A stretch of 64,000 nt of DNA, from positions 3,038,001 through 3,102,000 of the forward strand of contig NC_081334.1 in the NCBI RefSeq assembly GCF_022539665.2, written 5' to 3'. How positions within the stretch are numbered: position 1 is the stretch's first letter; each line of letters begins with the position of its first letter. A program made the translations under genes and the position numbers. The stretch is from Daphnia carinata. Its lineage: Eukaryota. The notes beneath the pieces were generated by a model, which saw nothing but the letters and a program-made list of their open reading frames with translations, was not told the origin of the DNA and searched no databases. Positions 50,314 through 64,000 of the stretch are shown one piece after another.

Positions 50314-53300
50314 ATGGCGCGACCACGAGGCGAAGACGGGCCATACAACAACATTTTGCACGATGTTCCACGATGATCTCCTACATGCCACTGCTTATTT
50401 ACTATTCGGCATTCCATCACTTTTTTTTTCATTTTGCTGTCATGGCGCTACCTAAATAACAAACAACGATATTACAATATTACATTTGAACGGGCAAATG
50501 GAAACTTACGTTTACATGGCTTGAGAGAATTAATACTTAGAAACTGGAATCTTGAAGGTCTTTTTACATGGGACAAAAAAGGAAAATGCCCTAGCTCTAA
50601 ACGGTAGAAGTAAAAGTAAACTGTTAATTTATGGGAAAGAAAACTTTGTTGGTGAAACTGTAACAGAGATGGCTATTTGACTTACAGCTGTTAACCGAAG
50701 ACGAAAAAGATTGTGGGGCCAGGAATTACGAAGAAGAAAGTAAAGACTTGGCAGTCCTATGAAGGGATATTAAATGTAAAGAAAAGTCATATTATACTAA
50801 GAAAGAAACTTAAAATACCACAGGAAAATGGTTTTTGGGTCCATGTCTATGTGTGTTGGTTGGTAGGTAGGAATGGCAGGAAGATTGCTGAAACGGTGGT
50901 GAGTTTTGTTGGCCACACGACACAGAGGTATAAAACACGTTTGTCAGATCCGAACTGACAGTTGATGAAGGGATAAAGTGCTGCAAAACCAGACGAAGAT
51001 ATTCTAACGATAACACTTATGTCACTGTCACAGCCTCTATACTTTGTAAATAAAGTTTCATGAGTTATCCCTTGAAAGTAGAATCATACTAATTGGATTC
51101 TAGTATCAAAATGTAAGCCTTATACCTTTAAATGAGTAATTGTATCACATGATTGAATGCAAAAGCCAGAGTATGCTACCAGGCTTTGTGTTTGACAGCT
51201 GGCATAGCTGATCTCGTTAAACAAGAAATAATCCATTTCATGTGGTTGACTTCCAAAACACAATCAAAACACTTAATAGTCGGTAGCACACCATTTTTAG
51301 TATCTTCTGTTGTATATGGCAATCCGTTCACCTCCTCCCACCCCAAAAAATATCGTTTTCTTTCTGTTTTACTGCTATTGCCATCTACTGGTCAGATTTC
51401 TAGTTAATTCTCTACATACAGTCGCCGAATATTTCTTGGGGGGGGGGGGGGGGGGGGGGTAAAACGTATAACACGCCGCGCAATAAAACACAACCAAATT
51501 TTTGGAAGGGCGCTAGCGATAGTTTTTTTGTTAACAACCTAAGCAAAAGCGAATCAAAAAGGAATTAGGGTACAACTGTTTATTCAAAAACCAAGATATT
51601 CCCATGAAAATACATGGTTGGGTTTGATAATTTCAAAAGGGTGTCGGAATTCAACGGAGACAGTCAGTCAGATGTTTCGTATTCTCTTATTGTCGTTTAC
51701 GTCCGATCCGTGGCTACTTACAATTATCAGCAACTCAACAATGTGTATGCACATTGAAAATCAGGATCAAAACAAAATCGGGATTATAACCAACAGGCGG
51801 TTAACCATTTCTACGTTCACCCACAAATGCCTTACACTCCTCTGGTTGTTGGGTTGGCTAGTGGCACCTTAGAAGCGAGAAATCGACTGTAAACAAACGA
51901 AGGTAATACAATTAATGTTATTCCTTATGGAAATTTCTCACGCATTGCTTTTTTAATGATAAATTTTTTAATTTTGCCATTTCGTGATTTTCGAAAGATT
52001 TGAATCTTTAAAACTTTTAATATATAATGGCAAAATACCACAATATTGTAATCAATTAGCTTTCTATGGAGTTACGAACCAAACTTTATAGAAGCAATGA
52101 GGTAAGAATAATTTTTCTGCAAATAACATGCCAGACCATTAGCCAGAGAATCATTATCGAAAGGCAAGGTTTCCAAAGAATCTAAGTGTGGGGAAACTGA
52201 TCGGTAAAATATTTGCTGTTTTTACTTATTCTACTATGTTCAAAAAGCTCATATTTTACCGAAGGAGATCAAAATTATACCAGTTTCTGCGTGTTTCTTT
52301 AGCAGGCTTTCTAGGATCTTTTGATAAATGCAAAGAACTTCTGATTATTAGCGAGGGATAATGTTGTTCGGAAAACCAGAAGACGACTTTAGCACCAACA
52401 TTTGTTTTCATGTTTTTTTTTTTAGCAGATAATAAATTTTCTTTGCGGCGGTTTTTAATGTGATACCTTGCCCAAAAGCTCTGGCGAGAGAAATAAATGA
52501 CAAGATTGAAACAACACATAGTCTACAGAAGAACGGTAATCGAGTAAATCCATCGTTCAGTCTTACCGTGAACGCGAACCATCGGCGCGAACAACAACCT
52601 TGATGCAGAGGAGACGCCATAACAAACATGAAAATACAATGTCAACAGATGCAATCTAGAATCAATATCTGGGATTACTTAGGTGAAGAAGCTTCTGGAA
52701 TGCTGATGGATAAAACAACATATTACCTTTTAATAGAAAATTCCCTTAGATCTAGGGAAAAATCGAAACATCTGCCAGGTCTTATGAACCGACTCCGTTG
52801 TGGCTGCTGGTGCATTTTTTATAGAAGCTTCAATATTGTTAACATGTTGTAAGTGCTACAAATACTAGCTGTAATTGTTCCACTATAATGGAAGTCAATA
52901 GACATTAAGTAACCTGGACAAAAAAAAAATTCATATCAGAACAAAACAATCTATTACTTGGATAGATAGACCAAAACAAAGATGGATGTCTAATGTCAAT
53001 ACTACAATTTTAATCTTTCGAAGACAACAAAATTTGTCCTCTCAAAATTTATCAAATATTAGTATCATCTCTTGATTTGCTAGTCAGGAATCACAGATTA
53101 CAGTGGACAATTGGAAATTGAAATATGTAATACATACCTACAAGGTGAGTAGAAATCCCGATGATATTCCTGATCCATGCTGATCCATACACGAAACTTC
53201 TCATGTTTCTAAAAAAAAAACTAAAATCGTGTCAAAACTTTAAATTGTTTTGCATATCTTTATGTTTTCTCTCATTAGCGTACCTTGAAAACCGTTGAAA

Positions 53301-54448
53301 AATGAGTAAATGAAATGCCAAAAATCGCCAAAACCACGAGGTCAACAAGCAAATGTAGCGAGGAATGTACACAACAGAATGCACGCGTTAAGCAAATCTA
53401 GAAATATGCCTTAAAAAAAACTGCCCGATGAGCCACAGTTTAAGGCGCCTCTTGTGGTCGCAAAGGTCACTACGAAAAACTGTATCCGTCACAAACTAAA
53501 TGTTTTTAAACAAATTTCAAGTAATCATCCAAATCAAGATTTAACTTAAAAAAGCAGAAAAAAGCGTAATACTTACGGAAAACACACATAATTTCTTGCT
53601 CCTTTTCTTTAGTTTATTCCAAAATGGAGTATGATGAATTTTCGTCAAGGCCATCCAGCTTCTCCGGTACCACCAGATTCACACATGTCTACCTGACGAT
53701 TCACTCCAAAGCCTTCCGCATGCTTCGTCCACAGAAGACACCATTTCGTGTAAAGTTCGTATATCTTTAAAATAGTTCGGTGTTTGCGATGCTTGTTCAC
53801 AGATGGCGCTGTTTTCGTTTGACACCCAGCACCACCGCGACGGTGTTATTTGGCCCGTTTTCAGACGACGGGTGGGCGGGAACACCCCGTCAGTTTTGTG
53901 TCCATCTCGTCCGCAACTGTAAGCTACCAGTTTTTCGTTTGTGGCTGACGAAGGAAAACATAGTGCTTCCACCGTGGAGTTCAGTACGTGATCAGGACTA
54001 CGCTAACGTGGTACGGGAAAACAACAAGCGGAGGGTTTCTCGTATATGTTTTTTCCGGCTTAAGACGCATCATCATCATCGAGCTGTGAAATGGCAGATG
54101 ATTTCGGCTGTTTTCGCCTGGCCTGGACCGGTAATTTTTAAATTGATTCTGAAAAAATTTCATTAACAAAAAAAAAATTAAAAAGGTTAGCAATTTTATA
54201 AAAAAAAAGTAAAAAGTGTGTTAAAAAAAGTATGTTAAAAAGTTGTCAACGCGTACTGTTTCATGCAGCCAAGCGGGGGTATGTAGGTTGCGCAAACGAA
54301 ACGGACGAGGACTTTGAACAATGTCATCGACATTTGGAACTTTTCCAGTTCCTATTTTATCTTAGTGATTAGATGTTGGCTTCTGAGAACAAACCAACAA
54401 GTCAAAAATGAATAAAATGTGAAAAATGTTTCGTTTTTTCAATTCCAG

Positions 54449-57400
54449 GTCTTGTGCTGGTGATGATCAAAACGGCAATGATAAGTGATTGCGGCACGTG
54501 CCAAGATGATTTTTACTTTCGAAAGTGGCCAGTGAGTCCTCAGGGCATCATCCGGACAGGACAGAGCGTCGAGTTGGAGTGCCGCGTGTCCGCCGAGGAT
54601 CGCATCAGCATCAGCTGGACTCTGAATGGCGAACAACTCATCAATTCGAGCCGGCGCTATCAGAATGCTACAACAGGCGATTTGATCATCCGCCGAGCGG
54701 ATCATCGTCTTGACTCTGGCCATTTCGCTTGCACAGCCACCAACGTCTCGTCCGGCTTCTCCATCGCATCGCAGCCGGCCACGTTAATGATTCACTGTAA
54801 GTACGCAGCACTGCTGTGCCCAACTTATTTTTATTTCATAATCTAACCCCTCCCCCCTCCGAAAGCTTTTTTGTGTCCACAATTCCAAAAATCGCTTTAA
54901 CGCGTAGCTAAACAGTAGTAGGCGCTATAACATTGCGCGAATATTATAGTAGGGGGATTTTTCTTTTTCTTTTTTTACGATTGCCGTAAATCTGTCAAAA
55001 ACTTCCCCCTTCACTTCTGCCGCACCCACAGGCCGGCCACCCTCTCATCACACGCGCTGAGGTTTCTGGCTTTTTATTATTATTTTTTTTTTTTGCTGGC
55101 CCACCCTCTACGCCATCCGTCCCTTTCCTTGTATGCTCCAGATATTCACTTTTTATGACCTCTAGTCGCCAACTGCTGCGTTTTTATTCCTTTTCATCCC
55201 TCGACAATACGGGAGCGTGCCTATCGTTTGACACGATCCCTTCTTCGGCGCTCCACACACACATTTGTGATAGTGTTGCATCCGCTACGGATGGAAAAAG
55301 CGTTCTCTCGGAGGCAAAAATACAAAAAGCCCGTAGCAACAATTGCACGCAGGCTGTAAAGCTGTCTGGCCGCTTTTGCGTAAGGGACAAAGAGAGCTGA
55401 GGGGAGGATATGGCTTGTGTACATTCATAAACAGTACAGACATGCAGACGGATACGTACATTGTGTACATAAATTGCATTTAATCCCCCCCCCCCCTCTC
55501 TCTGTCGTTCTACCGACCCGGCTTCGTTATCGCGTGACATTTAATGTAGAGCTAGGGCGGCAAAAGGACCGACTGCTATTCGAGTCTTGCTTCTTTTTTT
55601 CATTATTTATTTTCTCTTTATTATTTTGTTCGCTTCTCGCTTGTGAAGATGAAGTCGTCCCGCTTGAGAAAAAAGTACAAAATCACGCAGTCACACGTCA
55701 CTTGGCTTGTCTTGTTTTCAATGGAGTGCACAAGGGTGTAGGTTATAGAGTTCCACGCTATTTAGGCTCTTGTTCCTTTCTTCTATTTCCTTCGTTTCTT
55801 CGTATTTGGGAACGAATATACAGTAGGGCTTCTGTTGCACTGCAGTCAGGAGAAAAACGAACCCACATGGCTCTCTAGTTCTGCCGTTCGCTCTTTTTTT
55901 TCGGTGCGGTGGCCAATGGCCCCACCCTTCATGTGTTTTTCTTTTCCACTATGTTTTCCTATCGCATGTTATACGACACTCGAAAAACAAAAAAAAAACA
56001 AAAAAACGAAAGTTTTTCTGCGTCTCAGTTGCCCTTCTCTGACCGCTTTCACGTCGTAAATTTCTTTATGGACCGATATCTTTTGTTGGATATATAACTT
56101 GTGATTGTCGCGTCTACTTGTGTATGTTTGGACGTGCAACAAAATAGTGGTATTCAGCTTTTTTTCTTTGCTTTCCATCTGTTCCCCTTTTTTTTTCTTC
56201 TTCTTTTATTGCTATACTTTGCGTATAGTCTATTTATCTCCCGAGATATACGTCTATACGATCGTATCACACCGGAACTTTTGTGGCCGTGTTATGAGAG
56301 TTGTTGCAACATTATTTTTTTGTTTTTCGCTCTCACGGACATTTTCTTGAGTTTCTTTTTAGAGACGTGTTCTGTGTTTCTTTGACGTTGAGAATCCTGT
56401 TAGCAGTTGTCGTTTCAAACCCAGCAGGGGATAAGAAAACGAAGAGATATCTGGGTCTGTTTTTGACTTTCTTAAGGTTTCGGTCATAAGGGGAAAACAC
56501 CTAAAAAAAAAAAAAGGAAAAAAGAGATCGTTCAAATATTTGTATCTTGTATGCACAAGACTTGAGTTAGGTTGCAAATATTTACCGCCACAAGTTGCCA
56601 GCCATGGGTCGTAAAACACGTCGTTTGGGATTCCACACTTTGCTGGTAACGTGCCGACTTTTGTGCTTGTGTGTATACGACGTCCTTGCGATAGAAGCTC
56701 CAGCTTTCGGGAAAGAAAAAAAAAGTTCTCTTCCTCTTTCCCCTCCTTCCTTTTCTTGTTTTTTTATTTTTTTTTCTTCTTCTGGATACCCTATCGTTGA
56801 TGTTTTTGTTTTGATTTTTTTTCTTTTCCTCCTCTTGTTGGTGCTTCCTTTTTCCTTATTTCCGTCCGTATACTTCTTCACTTGTGTTCGGCTTACGTTA
56901 TGGCTCCTTTTTTTTTATTTTTATTTTTGTGATGCGGCGATGATAGGGGAAGTTGCTGCTTTAACCGTCGGCGTCGAATTCTTTTCCCCCCCCCTCACGT
57001 AATAACACGTTCCCTCTTAAAAAAGACTCTCGCACTCTGGTTCGAGAGTCTTTTTCCTTTTTGTTCAAACTGAAACCGGTAACCACCGACTGTACTATAT
57101 ACAGACACACACACAAAACCCCAAAAGTGTTTAAGAAACATGTACTTACCCCAGTATGCGCGGGGGCTTGTGTGTGCGGTGCGATGTTTATTCATGCCGC
57201 CGTGTTTAACAGTTCCGAAACGCGCCATCTCCGCTGACTCCGGGTGCGCGTAAATTCGTTAACGGATGAGTTATTCTTGCACTGAAAATATATTAAAAAA
57301 GCCAGGCTCATCTTACCAAGAAAAAAAAAACAAAAACAAAACATAAACAGGCAATTTTTATAGTTATGAAGTGAGAAAGGGGAAAAAAAAAGAAGGAGAG

Positions 57401-60400
57401 AAGTTAAAACAGTTACGTTCTGTCAACATTATGATTGGGTGCAAACCATAAACGACTCGTGTTCTGGTGTTCTGGCAGGGATCGGTCATTCGACCAGAAT
57501 CAACTTGCAGTCCTTAACGACTGGTCGGCACAATGTGGAAGACGAACTATCTGGTCTGGCGCTAGTCGAGATGGGCGAAGATGTCGCCCTCTACTGCCAT
57601 GGCGAAGGATCGGGCGAGTTGCAGTACGACTGGTTCCACAACGGCCGCAAAATACCTAAAAATAAAACGAAAAAAATTTCGTTGCATTCATTTTCGGCTT
57701 CGGAGATCGGGACGTACACCTGCTCGGCTAAGAACGGAGCTGGGCATTCAAAATCGAACGTTCCTTTCATCCTGACTACCGGTCAAAGCCAATTGATCCG
57801 GTTCACTAAAGAAACTATTGCCATGGTCGATAGCACTGTCCGGCTTCCATGCGCCTTTCAGCCTATAGCTACGGTTGAATGGCTTTTTCGCGGCAATATC
57901 CTCGGCCAAACATCGCAGTATGAATCTTTTTTTTTTAAATCCTAAATAATATCAAATTTTTCCTTTTACTTAATTAGGTGTTATTAACTTACAGGCATAC
58001 CATTGAAAGTGATGGCCAGCTGGTCATCTCCAAAATCAACCAACAGAGCGAAGGTTGGTATCATTGCCGTAAAAGCGATGGAGACACTGTCGAAGAATAC
58101 GGTTCTCATTTAAAAGTTGCTTGTAAGTTAACAAAATGCTATCACAGATAGTTTTACTTGATTATATCTTACCTTATTATTTTTGGTTTAGTTCTCCACG
58201 ATTTTGCCAAAACGGCCATTGACCCACCACCACCGTTGTCCAATGGACATCACTATTATTTCGCCGAGTACTCGACAGCTGAGTTATCTTGCACCGCACC
58301 CGACGGCCTACCGTCCCCCACCATCTGGTGGGAAGGGCCTTCCGGTCAGGTGTTAACCCCTCCATCAGAGAAAGCCGATTCCGTGCTGCTCCTAACTCGC
58401 GTTCTACAAGAGGATGCTGGAACGTACAGATGTCGGGCCGGAAACATCGTGCGCAATGTATCCATTCACCTTAATCTGGTTGTGACCTGTAAGTTTAAAT
58501 GAATAACAGCTTATCATACAACAGATTTACTGATTGAAGGATTTATTTTTACGTAGCTCCGCCGACGATCCAACAACATCCTGTGAGCGCCTCCGTCAAC
58601 GAAGATGAAACGGTGTCGATCAGCTGCGCATTCTCAGGATCGCCCTCACCGGCTACTACCGTCCAGTGGCTGAAAGACGGACAGCCGCTAATCGATCCAC
58701 CAAAACCAGTCCACGGGCTTCGCAATTCCACTTTAAATTTCGTTGCAGCTTCCAAGAGGCATGTTGGCAATTACGCGTGTCGGTTGAGAACCATCGGTCA
58801 CCTTCCAGTTGATTCACAAACTGCTACGTTGCACGTCCGAGGTATTACCGCTCTATTGTTAATTCAAGATTGTATCAATCAAATTAAAATTTAAAAAAAA
58901 TTTCATTGTAACAGAAAAGTTAAAGTTTACGGTGCCACCCGTAGCCAAGAGTTTAGAGCTGGGCACTGTCCGTAAGGTTTTGTGTAAAGCTCAAGGCAGC
59001 CCAGCTCCTATTGTGCGATGGGTGAAAGAAGATTTAAAACCGTTGCTCACCTGGCCACCGCACATTGAAGACATTAATGGAACGCTCGTCTTCCATGGAG
59101 TACAAGATGCCGATGCCGGACAGTACACCTGTATTGCCACTAACTCCCAAGGCCTTATAAGCGCTTCCGTCATGATCAACGTGACAAGTAAGAGATCAGT
59201 ATTTTTCCTTTGAATCGCCTCGCATAAAATCGAATGTTGTCTCATTGCAGTGTCGCCTCATTTCACGTCCCTGCCCAACAACGTCACGTACTACAAGGAA
59301 GGTCAAAAAGTAGAGTTACATTGCAAAGCAAACGGCCAACCGGTACCTACGATTCAGTGGGACAAGGATTCGGTTATGGATGGATTCACATCCGATCGGT
59401 AGTTGCACTTTTCTTATTCCTATGCGAAAGTTCAAATTGAAAATTTAATATTCCGGTTGTTTAAACAGGTTTTCTGTTAACCGTAATGGTACCTTGATTA
59501 TCGAAAATGTCCAGCAAGCCGATCAGGGATTTTACGGATGCACGGCCGGCAATGCAGGCGGATTCAAAAGAGCAGAATTTCGATTGGTTGTTCAAGGTAA
59601 TTGCTATTTTTGAAAAATGTTAATTATTATACGAAAATTAAAAGATGTGGTTTTTCCATACAGACTGGGAATACCAATACGGTGATTATGAAGGGGCTGA
59701 ATCGATTACCAAGACGATAATAATCACACTGGGAGCTGCGGCAGCCTACATCTTTCTGTCAGTCGGTTTGTTGATTTGGTGTCGTTTGAAACGTCGGCAA
59801 CGGAAACTGCAATCGCCAAACGATGGCGGTAACGCTGAAGCTCAAGTCGCTGATGTACAAACTGCCTTATGTGAGTCCGTCATTCTCGTTGTTTGTACGC
59901 ATCATTGTGTTTCTAATTTCGTCCTTTTTTTTTTCTTGACCAACGGCAGTGGCTAAGGAAGACCAAGGTGAAAATGGACGCCAATCCCCAGCTATTGACA
60001 AATTGAATGTTCCTAGCTCGGCCATCACTAAAGGAGCATTGCAAGGCAAAGGAAGGTTTGGAGATATACTTGAAGGCTTAGTTACGGGTAAGGTTCAGTA
60101 AACAATAGTCAGGATTTAATCCAATTGCAATTGTTTTAATTAAAAAATTAACTCACTCATTTTATGTATAGGTCTCAATGATTCAGAGGGCACCACTCGA
60201 GTTCTTCTCAGGATACTAGCAACTCGAGACGAGGATCTGATTGTAGAATTCCGCCGGCAGGTAGACATGCTGCATCGAGTCCGTCACGCCAATTTAGTGG
60301 CTGTTTTGGGCTGTTGTCGTGATTCTCCTGACGTTCAAATGATTTTGATGGAATACCATCAGCTTCTCAATTTAAAATCGCATTTGCTGTCGACTTCATC

Positions 60401-61014
60401 TTCTCAACCGTGGTCCCTAGCCCAGATCCACAGCGCCACGTTACAAATTGCGAAGGGAATGAACGCACTGGCCCAAAAGCGTTTCGTTCACCGTGATCTC
60501 GGTACGCGCAACATCCTGGTTGAATTCCACGGCAAAGATAATCAGCGAGTATGTTCCATTCCCTTGATGGCACATTATCAAAGAGACTTCAATTTTTTCT
60601 TTTTGTTTTCAGATCTCTTTGAAAATCGGCAGCTTCGGCATGGACAAACAGCCGTTCAACAAAGATTACTTTGTTTTCAAGCATCAGCCCATCGCCCTGC
60701 GGTGGCTCCCGCACGAAGCCGTGCTGGAAGATGAATATTCAACCAAGTCCGACGTGTGGATGTTTGCCGTCACGATATGGGAGTTGTACAACGCAGCGCA
60801 ACAGCCCCTTTCAAATCGCTCTGATGATGTCGTCCTGGCCGAACTGAAGAAAAAGGGTAGTCTGTGGGATGCTTCCTTCTGCAAATCGAACGCCATGTCC
60901 AGTTTGCTCAACAAGTGCTGGTCGCACGATCCTCTTCTCAGGCCGTCTTTTGACGAATTAGTGCATTGCGCAGAATCCGCTGCAGTGCCAACAAGCGAAT
61001 CAAAAACTCGTTGA
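54449..61014 (+). CDS. PTK7: PTK7/off-track receptor pseudokinase (Ig domains, TM, inactive kinase); first exon not located
   Basis: Several Ig exons (VELECRV...WTLNG...DSGHFACTATN and others), TM IIITLGAAAAYIFLSVGLLIWC, and a kinase fold with FVHRDLGTRN, SFG replacing DFG, LRWLPHEAVLEDEYSTKSDVW and RPSF. Confidence 0.9.
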
Positions 61015-62103
61015 AAAGTTTACTTGGTTGCGTAAAGTCTGTCTCAATGGTCGCACTAAAAATTCAAAATTTTGTAAATAGCATATTAATCTCACCAACC
61101 GAATTCTATTTTGTAACACCTCCTTGTCGATGTCGTTTTGCTAGACCATTTCTTTTTTTGTTCCTCTCAGCAGCTATTTGATTTCCGGTTCGTAATTTGT
61201 ATACCCGATGATCGTGTAACACGTTGTTTTCGCTCCGCTGCTGAACATTCTTCCTACCTTAAATGCAACACGTTCAGGTCATTTGACATTTCGGTTTGCC
61301 TCATATTTAGTTTGATTTTTTCAAAAGAAAACGAGAAAAACAAAAATCTTACTCAGTTGAATGTCATTAGTCATTTTGATCACGATGGATTCCTGGTTTG
61401 ACATCCTTTTCAGATGTCCGGCTGAAATAAAAGATGTAGCGTTTTTTTTAAATAGAAGGTGTAAATTTCTAATTTTCTTTGTCCAATCTACAGTCTAAAG
61501 ATTGTTAAAGTGAGGACAATCAAAGTAAGTGGTTTTTGGATAATTTCTGAATAACTATCGATTGCGGGCCGTTGCCCTCTACGGGATACCTTTTAGAAAA
61601 TGGGACACCACAATGAGCAATGCCTGGATGCGTTAAAGGTGTCCATCTCCGCGTCAATTCCGCATGGTGACTGCTCCAATTTGTCATTACTAGCGAGCAG
61701 CAGCGTCGACCATTGCCGCAATAAAGTATAAATACGATATTGGATACTAAGTACGTGCAGGACAGATTGCGGCAGCTCCTATATAGAAAATTTTAAATTG
61801 TCAATGAGTGAATTTTGAATGTGCGAAATGAAATTTTTACCTACACCGAACTCCCGTTGACATGCCAGCAACGGTACACGTAAGTTTTCTTCTCTTACAT
61901 CTGTATTAAGAAATTTGACTGTTATAACAAAGGCTAAAGATAGTAGATAAGTGGGTAATCAATTGTTGCACATAAGTGAGAATATACAGTCATCTAATGC
62001 AAATTACTTACCAGGGTAATGTTTCCGGATAATAATGCTTCTGGTGAACTTTCTCAGATGATTCTCGGGGCACCATTCACTTTCGTGGGCACAAATTTTA
62101 TAA

Positions 62104-62176
62104 GCATCTGTAGTGTAGTGGTTATCACGGTTGTCTCACACACAACAGGTCCTCAGTTCGATCCTGGGCAGATGCA
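62104..62176 (+). tRNA. tRNA with CAC (Val) anticodon and an atypical acceptor stem
   Basis: Acceptor GCATCTG/CAGATGC-A, Val-type D arm TAGTGTAGTGGTTATCAC, anticodon arm GTTGT-CTCACAC-ACAAC and T arm CTCAG-TTCGATC-CTGGG. Confidence 0.75.
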
Positions 62177-62569
62177 CTTTGTTAATTATTTTAGCAAATA
62201 AGAACATGAAACAAACGCAAGTCGTTAAGTCCTATACATCCATGTACACATTTTTAGAATACAAAACACTGAGCCGTAATAATGGATGGAAATGCTGTCA
62301 ATTATTAGCAATGAAATAGCGGATAACATCACCATGTTTTCGAGTTTTGTTTTCTAGCTAGCTTCCAGACCCTTAGCGGTATTCCATTTCGACCTCCTAG
62401 AAATCAAAGACCCATCGAAATATTCTGCAATCATTATTAGGAAAACAGGCATAAGATTGCAATATTTGAAGACGCGTTCTATCTGTTCTATACCAAATTT
62501 GAAAGATCTCTATAGATAACTTCCCCAAAACATGTGGAATACCACCCCGTTTACTGTTTAAAAGATAAA

Positions 62570-62640
62570 TGCATTGACCGGGAATCGAACCCGCATCACG
62601 TGCGTGGGAGGCACGCATTCTACCATTGAACCATCAATGC
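62570..62640 (-). tRNA. tRNA-Gly(CCC), one T-stem mismatch
   Basis: Reverse complement GCATTGATGGTTCAATGGTAGAATGCGTGCCTCCCACGCACGTGATGCGGGTTCGATTCCCGGTCAATGCA. Confidence 0.85.
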
Positions 62641-62848
62641 GCTACAACTATCTATTAGGACAAGAAAAAATTTCTAAGCCATGAGATAAATGTGATTAAT
62701 AACGAGCGATGATTGGTAGATTTAAAACCATATTGTTCTCGAATAACTAACAAAAAGCAAAGAAATTAACCCATGATGCTATGCCGAATTGTGTAGGTAG
62801 ATAAAATATAACTTAAGATCATTTGTGATTGAATGGGCTACAATCAGA

Positions 62849-62913
62849 CAAACGCCTCGACCTACGGAACACTTGGACAGCCAAACGCCTCGATCTACGG
62901 AACACTTGGAAGC
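62849..62913. repeat. Two-copy direct repeat of about 33 bp
   Basis: caaacgcctcgacctacggaacacttgga and caaacgcctcgatctacggaacacttgga. Confidence 0.8.
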
Positions 62914-63693
62914 ACGAACTTTGAAAACGTGTGTTGAACATCTTACTTCCACTGTGGCTTGCTGCTTAAAAAATGGCAGCCCAGACTTTAAACACGTCAC
63001 CAGTCACTCACTAAGCTTTGTTAAATCGCACCACGAATCAATGACAGAGCCCAAACGAAACGATGAAAACAAAAAACTGACCTGTAAATCCGTTTTCTCT
63101 TTGTGTGGACGAGGAGTCGTACAGCTGAATTGTTCAGTAATGTGGAGAAGGTCACTCTTTAAATCCCACATCTCTGATCAGCATTTCCGTTCCCCACGAT
63201 CAATGGAAATAGGAGACATTATTAAAAACATCAACAATTATTAACACTATGCAAAATGTCGATCACAGATATAGAATACAACTAGAAGTAACACACTGTG
63301 AGAATTTTGAGTTGCTAGACACACTTCAACCTTCCAACATCGACAAACGAATGTCTGTTTGTGGTACATATGCCCACCAGCACAGCTCTGCAATCGACGG
63401 CCATTGCGCAATTTTCGTTCCCCTGCCTCCTGGTTTGCAATGGAGACGCAGGAGAACGGATATCAAATGGAACAACCAAAGGAAGGGTAAGCATCCGTTT
63501 TTGTTTGTTATACAAGTTGCTATGAAGTGATTGGCCAGAACAAAACATTGTAAATGAGCATAGATGATGCTTTCGTTGAGGATATCGTGATGCAATTTGT
63601 AAACGATACGGAAAATTCCCTTGTAGTTCGCTTTTACCAAAGATTTATTTTAAATAGTTTACGCTCTTTTTTCTACTACTATTTAATTGTATG

Positions 63694-63764
63694 GCGCTGA
63701 TGGTTCAAAGGAAGAATGCTCGCCTCCCACGCGCGGGATCCGGGTTCGATTCCCGGTCAATGCA
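63694..63764 (+). tRNA. tRNA-Gly(CCC) variant, possibly a pseudogene
   Basis: Same body as the neighbouring copies, with substitutions in the acceptor stem, D loop and anticodon stem. Confidence 0.7.
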
Positions 63765-63885
63765 GTTGAGATTTTATTTGATTGTTGGAACCACCAGAGA
63801 AACAATGAACGACTGAGGACGATATTTGGAACACAAACGGGGCTTTCCTTTACCGACTCGTTAATCGCCAGCAAAATTTAAACAA

Positions 63886-63956
63886 TGCATTGACCGGGAA
63901 TCGAACCCGGATCATGCGCGTGGGAGGCGCACATTCTACCATTGAACCATCAATGC
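63886..63956 (-). tRNA. tRNA-Gly(CCC)
   Basis: Reverse complement GCATTGATGGTTCAATGGTAGAATGTGCGCCTCCCACGCGCATGATCCGGGTTCGATTCCCGGTCAATGCA forms a normal cloverleaf. Confidence 0.9.
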
Positions 63957-64000
63957 TGAAAAAGCTAGCTAGAATTGAAATTATTTGTTAAAGGAGAAAC

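Noticed and set aside
51438..51459. Poly-G tract
   Set aside because: A simple homopolymer of unreliable length with no supporting context.
51600..53700. Possible decayed transposase or gene
   Set aside because: Exon-like fragments with many stops and no diagnostic motif or termini that I could identify.
54850..57430. Numerous overlapping ORFs in the large PTK7 intron
   Set aside because: Low-complexity T/A-run sequence gives Phe- or Lys-rich spurious translations.

Overview
Eukaryotic, AT-rich, gene-dense animal DNA with short (about 60-90 nt) GT-AG introns. The gene set and architecture suggest a branchiopod crustacean such as Daphnia; this is inference, not a direct observation. Conserved genes in order: CNOT11 (3' part), SLC38A9, WDR63/DNAI3, KIF17/OSM-3, BBS2, a DM4/DM12-like secreted protein, RTF1, NAA38, a disabled MAD1 copy and PTK7/off-track, plus several tRNA genes. 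The standout is an accessory island of about 18 kb between CNOT11 and SLC38A9 (about 1.7-19.7 kb). Its recognisable intact genes all encode small secreted proteins with cell-wall or glycan-related domains: three single-LysM proteins, PAN/Apple proteins, a spliced PAN + expansin-like fusion, and an intron-containing SleB/Hydrolase_2-type cell-wall hydrolase of bacterial or phage type. The island is being remodelled by tandem duplication, pseudogenisation and MITE insertion. Other points of interest are an intron-containing tRNA-His, a Val-anticodon tRNA with a Gly-like acceptor stem, and a ciliary gene neighbourhood with X-box-like motifs. Family calls come from motif recognition by eye; no searches were run.
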